Shown here piece by piece: positions 30,659-40,747 of a DNA stretch of 64,000 nt. The stretch comes from Nitrospinota bacterium (GTDB lineage Bacteria > UBA8248), in assembly GCA_036231405.1 (NCBI GenBank), contig JAZAHK010000003.1, positions 32,001-96,000 on the forward strand. The letters run 5' to 3'. Numbering within the stretch: position 1 is the stretch's first letter; every line of letters begins with the position of its first letter. Under the pieces are notes generated by a model. The model saw only the letters and a list, made by a program, of their open reading frames with translations. It made no database searches and had not been told where the DNA came from. A program made the position numbers and the translations under genes.

Positions 30659-32113
30659 TTGCAACAAAAAAGTGATATCAACAATCTTAACAGGGAATAT
30701 CCCGTAATTATTCAAGGTGGAATGGGTGCCGGTGTTTCCAACTGGCGGATTGCTAACACCGTAGCAAGTACCGGTCAGATGGGAGTAGTCTCAGGAACTG
30801 CCTTGGATACTATTTTGGTACGTAGACTTCAGGATGGGGACCCGGGCGATCATATGCGCCGTGCCTTAGACAATTTCCTTGTACCTGAAATTGCTAATCG
30901 TCTAATTTCCAAGTATTTTATATCGGGTGGGAAGGGGTCTGACACACCTTATAAGGCAATTCCTAAATACAGTATCACTCCCGGAAAACAACTACAAGAG
31001 TTGACAATTGCGGCGAATTTTGTCGAGGTTTGGTTGGCAAAAGAAGGACATGCCGGACCAGTTGGAATTAATCTACTTGAAAAAATTCAATATCCGAACA
31101 TCTATTCCCTTTACGGTGCCATGTTGGCAGGAGTTGATTTTGTCTTGATGGGTGCAGGAATTCCACGTGATATCCCCGGGGTGCTTGACAAGCTTGCCCA
31201 ACATGAAGAGGCAACCCTCCGAATAAACGTCGCAAATACTAAAAAAGGAGAAAGCTTCCATGCCCGCCTTGCACCACGGGAAATTATCCCCCTAGACCTA
31301 CCTCGTCTCAAACGACCAGAATTTTTAGCAATCATCGCTTCCTCCACTTTGGCAACAACATTAGTAAAAAAGTCGACCGGAAAGGTAAATGGTTTTATTA
31401 TCGAAGGACCCACTGCAGGTGGACACAATGCACCTCCACGTGGAATAGTTGAACTAGATGGTGCAGGCGAGCCACGCTACGGTCCTAAAGATATAGTTGA
31501 CCTTGAAAAAATAAAAAAACTTGGTCTTCCATTCTGGCTAGCCGGATCATACTCCAGCCCAGAAAAATTACAAAAAGTTAAAAAACTAGGCGCTGTTGGT
31601 ATACAAGTCGGAACATTGTTTGCATTTTGCGATGAATCTGGTTTTGCAGAACATATCAAGAAGGAAGTTCGCGAAAAAGCGTCTCGGGGTGAAGCCCAAG
31701 TTTTTACTGACCCCATTGCCTCCCCCACCAATTTTCCTTTCAAGGTCATACAACTAGAAGGAACGAACTCTGAAAAACGTTTTTACGACGAACGTCCTCG
31801 AATATGTAACATGGGCTATCTTACGCAATCTTACCTCCGCGAAGATGGAAAGGTAGACTATCGGTGTCCTTCGGAACCGCTTGAAGATTACGTCAAGAAA
31901 AAGGACGGAGATTTGGAGAACACTATGGGCCGTAAGTGCCTTTGCAATGGCTTGTTCGCTAGTATAGGGTTTCCACAGACTTATGAATCAGGGTACCGCG
32001 AATTACCGCTTGTAACCTCTGGAAACGATGTAAATAAAATTGCTCTTTTTTTAAACGGAAAAAAAACCTACTCTGCCAAGGAAGTGATCAACTATCTGCT
32101 AGGCGAGGTGTAG
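30659..32113 (+). CDS. Nitronate monooxygenase / 2-nitropropane dioxygenase family flavoprotein
   Basis: IIQGGMGAGVS, EGPTAGGHN and GIQVGT motifs; probable TTG start after AAGGA. Confidence 0.85.
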   Translation: MQQKSDINNLNREYPVIIQGGMGAGVSNWRIANTVASTGQMGVVSGTALDTILVRRLQDGDPGDHMRRALDNFLVPEIANRLISKYFISGGKGSDTPYKAIPKYSITPGKQLQELTIAANFVEVWLAKEGHAGPVGINLLEKIQYPNIYSLYGAMLAGVDFVLMGAGIPRDIPGVLDKLAQHEEATLRINVANTKKGESFHARLAPREIIPLDLPRLKRPEFLAIIASSTLATTLVKKSTGKVNGFIIEGPTAGGHNAPPRGIVELDGAGEPRYGPKDIVDLEKIKKLGLPFWLAGSYSSPEKLQKVKKLGAVGIQVGTLFAFCDESGFAEHIKKEVREKASRGEAQVFTDPIASPTNFPFKVIQLEGTNSEKRFYDERPRICNMGYLTQSYLREDGKVDYRCPSEPLEDYVKKKDGDLENTMGRKCLCNGLFASIGFPQTYESGYRELPLVTSGNDVNKIALFLNGKKTYSAKEVINYLLGEV

Positions 32114-32307
32114 GGCATGAATGTTTCTGCACAATGTTCGAATTATTATCACCTTGAAACTGGGGAGAGTACCTTTTGATTTATACAGACCAATTTTCTT
32201 TTTTTTAAATACGCAAGTATGTGTCCTTTTTGCAAGTTTCTCGACTCCTTCGGTTTAAACGAGTATAGTTGTGCTTTACTCTTAGAAAATCAAAAAATGG
32301 AGCCGTT

Positions 32308-32514
32308 ATGGATACTCAAAAAAGATCGTTTTTAAAAACATTAACCTGGCGTTCTTTTGTTTTTCTTTACTGGGCAGTTGTTGGCTATATTATCAAGGGT
32401 AGTTTTACCTATGCGGGTATTTTAGGTCTTGCTTCTATAATCCCATCTTTTTTTTATTACGTACACGAGCGTGTTTGGAACAGAATTTCTTGGGGAAGAT
32501 ATTCTAAGACGTAA
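32308..32514 (+). CDS. DUF2061-like small membrane protein
   Basis: RSFLKTLTWR ... YYVHERVWNRISWG. Confidence 0.8.
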   Translation: MDTQKRSFLKTLTWRSFVFLYWAVVGYIIKGSFTYAGILGLASIIPSFFYYVHERVWNRISWGRYSKT

Positions 32515-32563
32515 TTCCTATATTCAGAGTTCAATCCTAGTTATTTTTCTGTGAATATTCAGG

Positions 32564-33424
32564 TTATTTTCCCGCCATTATCTCATCAAAAACTCTTTCT
32601 AGCCCTGCCTGAAAAGTCTCTTTCCTCTGTTTTGACCAGTACTCTCCACGGCTAGTATCTGCATGAAAAAATTTATCAAAAGACGAGTGTGTTATTGCTT
32701 CTTTTTTTTCGGTGCCGATAGTTACCATCTTCTCCATAGTTCCGCGAATATCGGAAAGAGTTTCTCTCAAGTTCAGTGCTACTTCCTTTCCGCATATTTC
32801 CCCGTGCCCTGGGACAATAGTGTCTATGGGGAGGCTATCTACCCATTCTAGGGCTTCAATCCATTCCCCCACATTAGCATCCCTCATCCCTGCAGAAGGT
32901 CCGTTAATAACGACATCTCCAGAAAAAAGAACTCCCTCTTCCGGAACAAAAACAGATGAACATGCTGGAGAATGTCCACCTTTACGGTAAATTTCAAAAG
33001 TTAATGGTGATAAATGCAGAATAAGATTTTCTTTAAAACAAACTTTCGGAAGACAAAGAGGAGCATTAACAATTTGATCTACCTCTTCTAAGTGACCCAA
33101 ATCTTTTAGTGTTTCTACAAAAATTTCTTTTGAGAACGCATTGTCCCCTTTTAAAGCCTCCTGATAGACAAACTCGGGGGCCAAAAAAATGACGTCATCC
33201 TCAATAAAAGACGCCCCGGTTGTATGATCACCATGATAATCTGTCGCAATCAAATACTTTATATCAACAGAACTCAAACTACGAACCTCTTTTTGCCAGT
33301 GTTTAGAATCAGTCGGTCTTACAGGACAGTCAAGAAGAACAATACCTTCATCTGTAACTGCAGCACCAACGTTTGCCCAATCATACTTGGTCTCTGCATA
33401 CAAGTGTTCACTTAATTTATGCAA
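32564..33424 (-). CDS. MBL-fold metallo-hydrolase (cyclase-like)
   Basis: DYHGDH, GGHS, FSGDV and VPGHG motifs. Confidence 0.85.
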   Translation of the reverse strand: MHKLSEHLYAETKYDWANVGAAVTDEGIVLLDCPVRPTDSKHWQKEVRSLSSVDIKYLIATDYHGDHTTGASFIEDDVIFLAPEFVYQEALKGDNAFSKEIFVETLKDLGHLEEVDQIVNAPLCLPKVCFKENLILHLSPLTFEIYRKGGHSPACSSVFVPEEGVLFSGDVVINGPSAGMRDANVGEWIEALEWVDSLPIDTIVPGHGEICGKEVALNLRETLSDIRGTMEKMVTIGTEKKEAITHSSFDKFFHADTSRGEYWSKQRKETFQAGLERVFDEIMAGK

Positions 33425-33541
33425 AACTACCCTCCTTTTTCATAATTCTACCTTCTTTACATTTGTTGTTAAAGTATTCATTTTGAGATCATCTAGCATA
33501 AAGCGCGTTTAAAGTTTTTTCGCGTAAAAATTATTTTCTTC

Positions 33542-34492
33542 TTATCCCTTTATCTTCTTATCCCGACCTTGTAATGTTTCACGTTCTTTCATTCTCGATA
33601 TGAGTACTTTAACCCTTTGGTGTAGAGTTTCTTTTGAAGAATCATGGTCCCAACGAAAAAATCCATGTCCACTCTTCATTCCCACTTCCCCTTTTTCTAC
33701 CTTTTCTACCAAAAGTGGAGAGGGTGAATCTCTGTTGTCCAAGTCTCCTTGTAGATATGTATGTATGTTGAGAAAAACATCTAGGCCAGAAGCATCCATT
33801 CCTGCAAGAACAGGGAGAACACCAAAATTAGACGCGACTTTATCAATATCCTCAGCTGTTGCGATCCCCTTCTCCAACATGTGAATTGCTTCTCTTCTGA
33901 TCGCGGTTGAAATTCTAACCCCGATATGGCCCAGAGTTTCCTTAACAAGAACAACTTCTTTCCCGACGTCTTCAAGAAGGGATTTAGTAATCTGGAAAGT
34001 TTCCATTGATGTTTTTTCACCACGAACAACTTCCACAACGGGTCGTAGTGGGGCAGGCGTATAATGATGCGCAACGATCAATTTCTCCTTTCTTTGTACA
34101 TTTCTTCCGATTTCTGAAAGTCTAAGACCAGAGGTGTCCGATGCGAGTATAGTGTGTGGTGGACACATTGTATCCAAGGTCTCGAATATCTTCTGTTTAA
34201 GCGCAAGATCCTCAGAAACCGATTCAATTACATAATCTGTATTAGAGGCGGCCTCTTCAAAATCAGTGGTTGGATAAATACGCCCCAGGGATTCGTCTAT
34301 CTCTTGTTTTGTGTATAAACCATTTTCTTCAAACAAATTCAAATAAAAGCGAATCTTTTCCATCGCTGAAAGTGAGCTATTTTTAGTCCTATTATAAACT
34401 GACACTTGATATCCACCATGCGCAAATTGAATTGCAAGTCCTTGCCCTACATAACCACCACCGATGACGGCAATATGCCTAATAGCGGCCAT
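33542..34492 (-). CDS. 3-hydroxyacyl-CoA dehydrogenase family protein
   Basis: GGGYVG, IESVSEDLALK, ILASDTS and KSGHGFF motifs. Confidence 0.88.
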   Translation of the reverse strand: MAAIRHIAVIGGGYVGQGLAIQFAHGGYQVSVYNRTKNSSLSAMEKIRFYLNLFEENGLYTKQEIDESLGRIYPTTDFEEAASNTDYVIESVSEDLALKQKIFETLDTMCPPHTILASDTSGLRLSEIGRNVQRKEKLIVAHHYTPAPLRPVVEVVRGEKTSMETFQITKSLLEDVGKEVVLVKETLGHIGVRISTAIRREAIHMLEKGIATAEDIDKVASNFGVLPVLAGMDASGLDVFLNIHTYLQGDLDNRDSPSPLLVEKVEKGEVGMKSGHGFFRWDHDSSKETLHQRVKVLISRMKERETLQGRDKKIKG

Positions 34493-34525
34493 TTCTTCTC
34501 CTTTTCTAGAGCAACAACCCCTTCT

Positions 34526-35698
34526 CTATTTGATTGCATTTTCCAAGGATCTTCCAAGAATAAGTCGTGCAGTATCGTGGCTTTCCCCATGGAAAAGACA
34601 CCCAAGTGCGTCTCTCCAGTATTTTTGAACAGGATAATCACGCATAAAACCGTATCCTCCAAACAACTGTATTGCTAAGTCACAAACAAAGGGTGCAATT
34701 TCAGAGGCAAAGAGAACAGCATTCATCCCGAGTTTGGAATCATAATCATCGGTAGTATCTGCATTAGATGCAGCCCTCCAGACTAAATCACGGGCAACAT
34801 CAACACGAACTCTCATTTCGGCAAGGCGAAGAGATACAATATCATGTTCGAAAATGGGCTTCCCACCTTGTACTCGTTCTAATGAATGTTTGGTTGCTGT
34901 CTCAAGTGCTGAACGGGCGATGCCTACACCAAATGCCCCTAACGTAGGGATTATTTTTCTAAGATACCTACTTTTTGAACCAGTTCCATTTCCAGTTCCA
35001 TCAGATAAGATATCATCAACAGAAATGCGGCATTTTTCAAAATTAAGTTCAGACTCGATATAAGTTCTCATTCCCATTTTATCATGAACATCACCAATAC
35101 TGAGCCCTGGGGAATTTTTTGGAATAACCAAGGTGATGTTTTCATTTGAAACATCTTTTGACACATTTGAACTAGCATCAAGAACAAAAATTTTCGCCAA
35201 TGGTCCGCATCCGACGAAACGTTTTTTTCCATCTAACTCCCAATCGGAACCCGCCGGTATTGCGTTAAGACCGAGATTTTCCGAAGGAGTGATCGGACTG
35301 AGCGTCCCATCCCCAAACAAACAGGTTTCATCTTCTGCAAACATAGAGATATACTTTGACTTTTGCTCTTCCGTTCCACACTCAAGAACAAGCCCTGCAA
35401 GTTTCCAGGATTGGTGAACGGCGGCGGCAAAACCTGCTTCCATGGCCATAAGTTCTTCCAACAAAACGCAGTGCGTTAGAACATCCATATCAACACCACC
35501 CCATCTTTCTGGTAGCGGTAAATTCTTCAACCCCAACGCTGAGAATTCCCTCAAAACACTCCAAGGGAATGAATCTTCAGGATCCTCTGAAGCTTTTCGG
35601 TCAAGTTCGTCAGCTATATGCAAAAGATGACGCTCACCAAAGTTCTGGCACAGTTCTCTCAGAGCAGATTGATCTTCGGTAAGGGCAAAATTCACCAT
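34526..35698 (-). CDS. Acyl-CoA dehydrogenase family protein (degenerate motifs)
   Basis: DKMGMR, RVQGGKPI and QLFGGYGFMRDYPVQKYWRD motifs. Confidence 0.85.
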   Translation of the reverse strand: MVNFALTEDQSALRELCQNFGERHLLHIADELDRKASEDPEDSFPWSVLREFSALGLKNLPLPERWGGVDMDVLTHCVLLEELMAMEAGFAAAVHQSWKLAGLVLECGTEEQKSKYISMFAEDETCLFGDGTLSPITPSENLGLNAIPAGSDWELDGKKRFVGCGPLAKIFVLDASSNVSKDVSNENITLVIPKNSPGLSIGDVHDKMGMRTYIESELNFEKCRISVDDILSDGTGNGTGSKSRYLRKIIPTLGAFGVGIARSALETATKHSLERVQGGKPIFEHDIVSLRLAEMRVRVDVARDLVWRAASNADTTDDYDSKLGMNAVLFASEIAPFVCDLAIQLFGGYGFMRDYPVQKYWRDALGCLFHGESHDTARLILGRSLENAIK

Positions 35699-35740
35699 GA
35701 CAATTTTTCCCTTCTCCTATAAGGATACATCATTTTATTA

Positions 35741-36949
35741 CTAAAGCGTGGACACCAGTTGACCAGAAAGAGACCTCCCGATCTTTAACAATCTAACATC
35801 AACCGTATTATTGGTATGGTTTGTCATGACTGCGTCCCTCATGAATTTTTCTACTGGAAAATTACGCGTATAGCCATCCTTGCCAAAGATTTGCATGGCA
35901 CTTTCGCAAACTGACCTCGCGCAAACCGTACTAAAATAACTTGCTATGGCTGCATCGCGCTGAGTGTAATGTTCCCTATTATCCGAGGCCCATGCTGCTC
36001 TCCATGTGGCACTTCTAGTTGCCTCGATCAAAGTGAGCATATCAGCCAAGCGCATTGCAATCGCGTCACTCTGAATAAGTGGGCTTCCATTTCGAACCGT
36101 TTCCTGAGAATAGGAAAGAGCTGCCTCGTAAGCACCTCTAGCAACCCCAAGACCAAAAGTCGCAACCATTGGGGCACCTCTTCCAAAGTGCCTTGCCCTA
36201 TCAGAAAATCCCTCATTAACCCCGATTAAAATGTCAGATTCAGGAATTCTGACATTTTCAAGAATGAGTTCAGCGTTCATGAGAAGTGCGGCACCCAATT
36301 TATCGTGCGTACGTCCAATTCGAAATCCTGGAGTATCTCTCCACATTAGAAACTGTGTGGATCCTTCTGGAGCCGGTACACTTGGATCAGTTCTGGCAGT
36401 AACAATAAAAATTTTTGCTAAAGATGCACAAGCCACGAAAACCTTTGTTCCGTTCAACACCCATTCGTTTCCTTCTTTGACAGCAGACATTTTAATTCCA
36501 CCTTCCACGCCTCTGTAGGGAAAGGTGTTGTCTGTTCCCGAATCAGGTTCCGTCTGACCAATTGAAATTAAACACGTATCGTCCTCGGCAAATGGGAGAA
36601 GATATTTTTCCCTTTGCTCTTCCGTGCCCTCTCTATCTATCTGCTGGGCCAATCTCCACACCTGATGAAATGTGGCTGCAAAACCAGGTTCTACGGCCAT
36701 TACTTCCTCTAAAATGATACAATGAGTCAGTGTATCAAGGTCCCTTCCACCGAGTTCCCTGGACAGTCCAAGCGTGCGCAACCCGAGTTTAGAAGCGGCC
36801 TTAAGAACCTCAATAGGGAAACACCCCGCCGGGTCTGTTTGGGACTTTCGATCACATTCAACTGCAATTGGCCTTAACTCTTTATCGCAAAATTCCTTTA
36901 CAAGATTTTTGAGTTCCAATTGCTCGTCCGTCAATTTCATGTCAACCAT
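35741..36949 (-). CDS. Acyl-CoA dehydrogenase family protein
   Basis: TEPDSGTD, LNGTKVF and QIFGKDGY..VEKFMRD motifs; start ATG follows GAGGGG. Confidence 0.88.
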   Translation of the reverse strand: MVDMKLTDEQLELKNLVKEFCDKELRPIAVECDRKSQTDPAGCFPIEVLKAASKLGLRTLGLSRELGGRDLDTLTHCIILEEVMAVEPGFAATFHQVWRLAQQIDREGTEEQREKYLLPFAEDDTCLISIGQTEPDSGTDNTFPYRGVEGGIKMSAVKEGNEWVLNGTKVFVACASLAKIFIVTARTDPSVPAPEGSTQFLMWRDTPGFRIGRTHDKLGAALLMNAELILENVRIPESDILIGVNEGFSDRARHFGRGAPMVATFGLGVARGAYEAALSYSQETVRNGSPLIQSDAIAMRLADMLTLIEATRSATWRAAWASDNREHYTQRDAAIASYFSTVCARSVCESAMQIFGKDGYTRNFPVEKFMRDAVMTNHTNNTVDVRLLKIGRSLSGQLVSTL

Positions 36950-37097
36950 TTTGCCCCTCAAAAAAACACTTCAAGATTTCCTGTAAAGAATCTTCCAACT
37001 TTATTATTAAAAGCAAACTCGATCAAATAAAAAAGATTTTTTATAATAGACTTATCCACAGGTTTAGAATGCCAACTCATGGAACTTACTGATTACA

Positions 37098-38069
37098 TCA
37101 TTTTCTTATTGTCCCAAAACTGAAACCTGTAATTAAGTGTTTTTGTATTAAGACACCGAGAATGACGACCGGAATTGTAATCACGGTACCGATCGCTGCT
37201 TGAGGACCATATAGCCTTCCTTCGACAGCGCTCTGGAACTTATTGAGTAAGACAGGCATGGTCGAAACTTTTGGCTGAGTCAATGTCAGCGCGAGTAGAA
37301 ATTCACTCCAGTTCAGGATGAAAATAAACAAGAACGTCACCACCATACCTGGTGCTACCAAAGGTATGACAACACGCCGAAGAGTATAGATTCGGCTCGA
37401 ACCCATAATTCGCGCTGCGTGCTCGAGGGTGTAAGGAACCTCGTCGATGAAACTTAGCATCATCCAGATAACAAACGGGAGCGTTGTTGCTGTGTAGAGC
37501 AAGCCCAAGCCCACATAACTATCGTATAAACTGAAGCGGAACTGGAACAGGGTTTCCGTCGCGTGTGGAATCAAGACAGCGTAGTACATCACTATGGGGA
37601 TAGCGATCACGATGGGTGGGACCATACGAATTGTCAGGATAATGTAACGGAAATTTTTTCCGCCAACGTTGAATCGTGAGATAGAGTAAGCTAGGAAAGT
37701 CCCTAGAAGAAGCGCCACTAGCGAACTTATCGATGCTATGGATGCGGAATCTCCCAGTGCTCCCCAAATGGAATAAGCCTGTTCCGTAGCCTCCCTGCTG
37801 AGTTCTTCTCCCAAAGCGGTAAAGGTAAAAATTTGCCGATAGTTGTGCAGGGTAGGTTCATACCCTCCACCAAGGAAAGATGGCATCCAGTTAGGCGGCC
37901 AAGCAACCCAGTCGCCAGAGTCCTTGAATGAAGTGGAGATCATCCAGAAAATAGGAAACAGGACGATGGTGGACCAGACCAACAAAACGACATGCCTAAA
38001 ATAGAAAAAAAAGTTGTAACGCTTCGCCAACGAAAGACTAGATCTCCCGGAGCGCGCATTGTTTACCAT
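37098..38069 (-). CDS. Carbohydrate ABC transporter permease (MalG-like)
   Basis: EAA-like loop LEHAARIMG and FIFILNWSEF. Confidence 0.9.
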   Translation of the reverse strand: MVNNARSGRSSLSLAKRYNFFFYFRHVVLLVWSTIVLFPIFWMISTSFKDSGDWVAWPPNWMPSFLGGGYEPTLHNYRQIFTFTALGEELSREATEQAYSIWGALGDSASIASISSLVALLLGTFLAYSISRFNVGGKNFRYIILTIRMVPPIVIAIPIVMYYAVLIPHATETLFQFRFSLYDSYVGLGLLYTATTLPFVIWMMLSFIDEVPYTLEHAARIMGSSRIYTLRRVVIPLVAPGMVVTFLFIFILNWSEFLLALTLTQPKVSTMPVLLNKFQSAVEGRLYGPQAAIGTVITIPVVILGVLIQKHLITGFSFGTIRK

Positions 38070-38074
38070 GCAGA

Positions 38075-39040
38075 TTAACCCTCCTTGACAACCGCCCGTT
38101 CACGAACAAGTAGATGAATTCCGTAGAAGATAAAAAACGAAAATATAATAAGCAATAGTACCGATGCAGCGGCACCAAAACTATATTTATTAAACATCCA
38201 GACCTGTCTCCATAAGAAAAAAGCAATCGTTTCTGTTGCAGTTCCAGGACCTCCAAAGGTGAGGAGAACGGCCTGATCAAAAATTTTAAGTGCTTCCATC
38301 GATCGTATAACGACAGCAATAATGATTGCAGGCCTTAGCAACGGCAGGTGAATCCACCAGAAGATTTGCCACCGACTAGCGCCGAGGACACGGGCCGCAT
38401 TAGTGAGTTGCTGCGGAAGCGCACTAAAACCAGACAAGAAAATTAAAAAGGTAAGTGAGGTCCACTGCCAAACGTCTGCGAGGATAACCGCCCACTGTGC
38501 CGCTATTGGATGGGATAGCCATCTAACACGAGGATCAATGCCAAACATTTCAAGAAACGGAGACAAAACCTGATTAAGGGGACCAGAATCCACGTAAATC
38601 ATCGAGAAATTATATCCGGCAACGACTGGAACAACCATCATCGGTATCAGAAAAATAGTGATATACAATCGACGACCCCGAAACTGCCTGTAGACCAGCA
38701 TAGCAAGAAAAAAACCCAAGAGTAGTTCGAGAATAACGGCAGCGCCGGCAAAATAGAAAGTTCGCCCCAAAGCCCACCAAAAATCTTCTGTCGTTAGGAC
38801 ATTTATGTAACTTCCAAACCCATCAAAGTACGCTCTCTCGAAAGGGCGATTAGCACGCCATTTAAGAAGACTGATGTAGACCGTTAAAATAAAAGGTATG
38901 GCAAGAAGTAGGAGGAAAAAGCCCTCCACCAACACAAATGGAATAAGGCGAAATATCTTCTCCTGTTCCAACCAGGAAGACAAACTTTTTCTCTTTGTGG
39001 GTCTTCTTGAATTATCAGGTGCAGCAGGCGGGCAAGCCAA
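38075..39040 (-). CDS. Carbohydrate ABC transporter permease (MalF-like)
   Basis: DVWQWT, AARVLGAS.WQ.F and GGPGTATET motifs. Confidence 0.9.
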   Translation of the reverse strand: MACPPAAPDNSRRPTKRKSLSSWLEQEKIFRLIPFVLVEGFFLLLLAIPFILTVYISLLKWRANRPFERAYFDGFGSYINVLTTEDFWWALGRTFYFAGAAVILELLLGFFLAMLVYRQFRGRRLYITIFLIPMMVVPVVAGYNFSMIYVDSGPLNQVLSPFLEMFGIDPRVRWLSHPIAAQWAVILADVWQWTSLTFLIFLSGFSALPQQLTNAARVLGASRWQIFWWIHLPLLRPAIIIAVVIRSMEALKIFDQAVLLTFGGPGTATETIAFFLWRQVWMFNKYSFGAAASVLLLIIFSFFIFYGIHLLVRERAVVKEG

Positions 39041-39097
39041 TTTTTCCTCCTTTATATCGAACTTTATATTATATTCAATCCAAACCGACAGAGACTC

Positions 39098-39125
39098 CCT
39101 CTCCGGCGTCTGCTAGCCGGAGAGG
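39098..39125 (-). other. Intercistronic stem-loop after the solute-binding protein gene
   Basis: Perfect 10-bp GC-rich stem CCTCTCCGGC/GCCGGAGAGG with no long U-tract. Confidence 0.7.
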
Positions 39126-39156
39126 ACACATCTCTACTCAACATTCTCTTAATTCG

Positions 39157-40614
39157 TTAAAACTTGTCGATATACGCGCCGCTAGCCACACTCTTACGCC
39201 ATGCCTTAATTTGATCCTTGCGGCCAAGATCATCAGTGACTCTATTCCATCCTTTTTCTATGTTCTGCGCCGCTTTCTTAGCAGATAAGTTGCCTTGCAT
39301 AACTTGAGCAAGGTTCTTATCTAACACGTTAAAATACTCGTAGTTACCTTCAATCATAAGTAATGAAATTGCATTCTTGGCATTTTTCATTGTCATTTTC
39401 ACAAAAGGTTCTGTATGTTTCGCAAGAACTGCCTTGTTGGTCAAGTTCGATTTTCTCATCGGATCCCAGAAACCCTTGGGATGAGCTATAGCTTCGTCGC
39501 CCTTGGTTGGACCAGTAAACCATTGGATGAAATAGTAAGCTAGCTCTGGATGTTTACTATAATGACTGACCATATAACCAGTACCAGCAGCTTGGGGTGC
39601 TCGACGGACCGACTTCCCATTTACTTTTACAGCAGGAACTGGGCATGCGAGTTGATTTCCACTAATTTTACTTTTCGGGCTTCGGTTTGCATATCCCATC
39701 GCAGAAGGAAAAGACATAAAGGAAAATGCCTGTCCGCTTCCCCAGTGAGGGTAAAGTTGTGGAGTTCCCCATCCTTGAACATCTGGTGGCATATACTTTA
39801 CTATGGAGGAAAATTCCTTTATAGCACGTATTCCATTGGGGGAGTTGATAGTAGGATTCATGTTCTTGTCAAAAAGAAGACTTCCCAGGTAGGCAGGAAA
39901 ATGACGATAAGAGAAATTGATGCTCCTGTAAGCCTGGGCACCGTAAAGCGGTTTGTCAAATTTTTTGCCCCAACGGGTCTGGCCTTTTTTCGTATGGAAA
40001 AACTTGGCCATTTGCTCCCATTCGGCCATCGTTCCGGGGCAGCCAGGGTCCTTACCATACTTAGCCTTATACTCGGCCGCACCCAGTTTCATGATATCAC
40101 TACGTAAGAACAGGGCAATGTGATCGCCGTCTAAAATGAACCAATAGTTCTTTCCATTGTAGGTCTGCTGCGCTCGGAGGCCGGAAGCGATACCCGAAAA
40201 ATCAGGTTTCCCTTTGGCAATATATTTATCAAGAGGCTCAAGCACACCAGCCCCCACTGCATCTGGTATGACGTATGGGAAGTGGTTAATGATATCGTAC
40301 TGACCTGTCTTGGCTACGGCTTCCGCCATGATCTTGGAAGGTATATCCGTGTAACCATATGAAATAGTCTTAATTTTAATACCTGTTAGTTTCTCCCACT
40401 GTCTCAGAAATCCTGGCTGAGAGTTCTTGAAGAGCGAGATCAAAAGCATGGTCTGTTTCGGGTTTTTAAGGTTGTGTTTCTTAATGTAAGCTTTCGCACC
40501 ATTAATAGCCCTTTCTTCTACCGTAGCTCCAGGCAAAGACTGTGCAGATCCAACTGTAGCAGTTACCACCAAGGAAACAAAAAGCAACACTACTCTTAGA
40601 ATAACCTTTTTCAT
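39157..40614 (-). CDS. ABC transporter solute-binding protein (family 1)
   Basis: Signal peptide, WEKLTGIKI and SKHPELAYYFIQW motifs; ABC operon context. Confidence 0.88.
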   Translation of the reverse strand: MKKVILRVVLLFVSLVVTATVGSAQSLPGATVEERAINGAKAYIKKHNLKNPKQTMLLISLFKNSQPGFLRQWEKLTGIKIKTISYGYTDIPSKIMAEAVAKTGQYDIINHFPYVIPDAVGAGVLEPLDKYIAKGKPDFSGIASGLRAQQTYNGKNYWFILDGDHIALFLRSDIMKLGAAEYKAKYGKDPGCPGTMAEWEQMAKFFHTKKGQTRWGKKFDKPLYGAQAYRSINFSYRHFPAYLGSLLFDKNMNPTINSPNGIRAIKEFSSIVKYMPPDVQGWGTPQLYPHWGSGQAFSFMSFPSAMGYANRSPKSKISGNQLACPVPAVKVNGKSVRRAPQAAGTGYMVSHYSKHPELAYYFIQWFTGPTKGDEAIAHPKGFWDPMRKSNLTNKAVLAKHTEPFVKMTMKNAKNAISLLMIEGNYEYFNVLDKNLAQVMQGNLSAKKAAQNIEKGWNRVTDDLGRKDQIKAWRKSVASGAYIDKF

Positions 40615-40747
40615 AGAGATCCCTCCTTTTCTCATGAAATAGTTGCGCCATCTATTAAGAAGACACGACTAAAAAAATGGGTCAATCAAATAACCCTTTA
40701 GGTAGCAAGAAAAATCATTGCCAATTTCACTCCTCCTAAAAAAACTA

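Noticed and set aside
37052-37060. DnaA box TTATCCACA as an origin
   Set aside because: Single copy, no box cluster, and no dnaA/dnaN context
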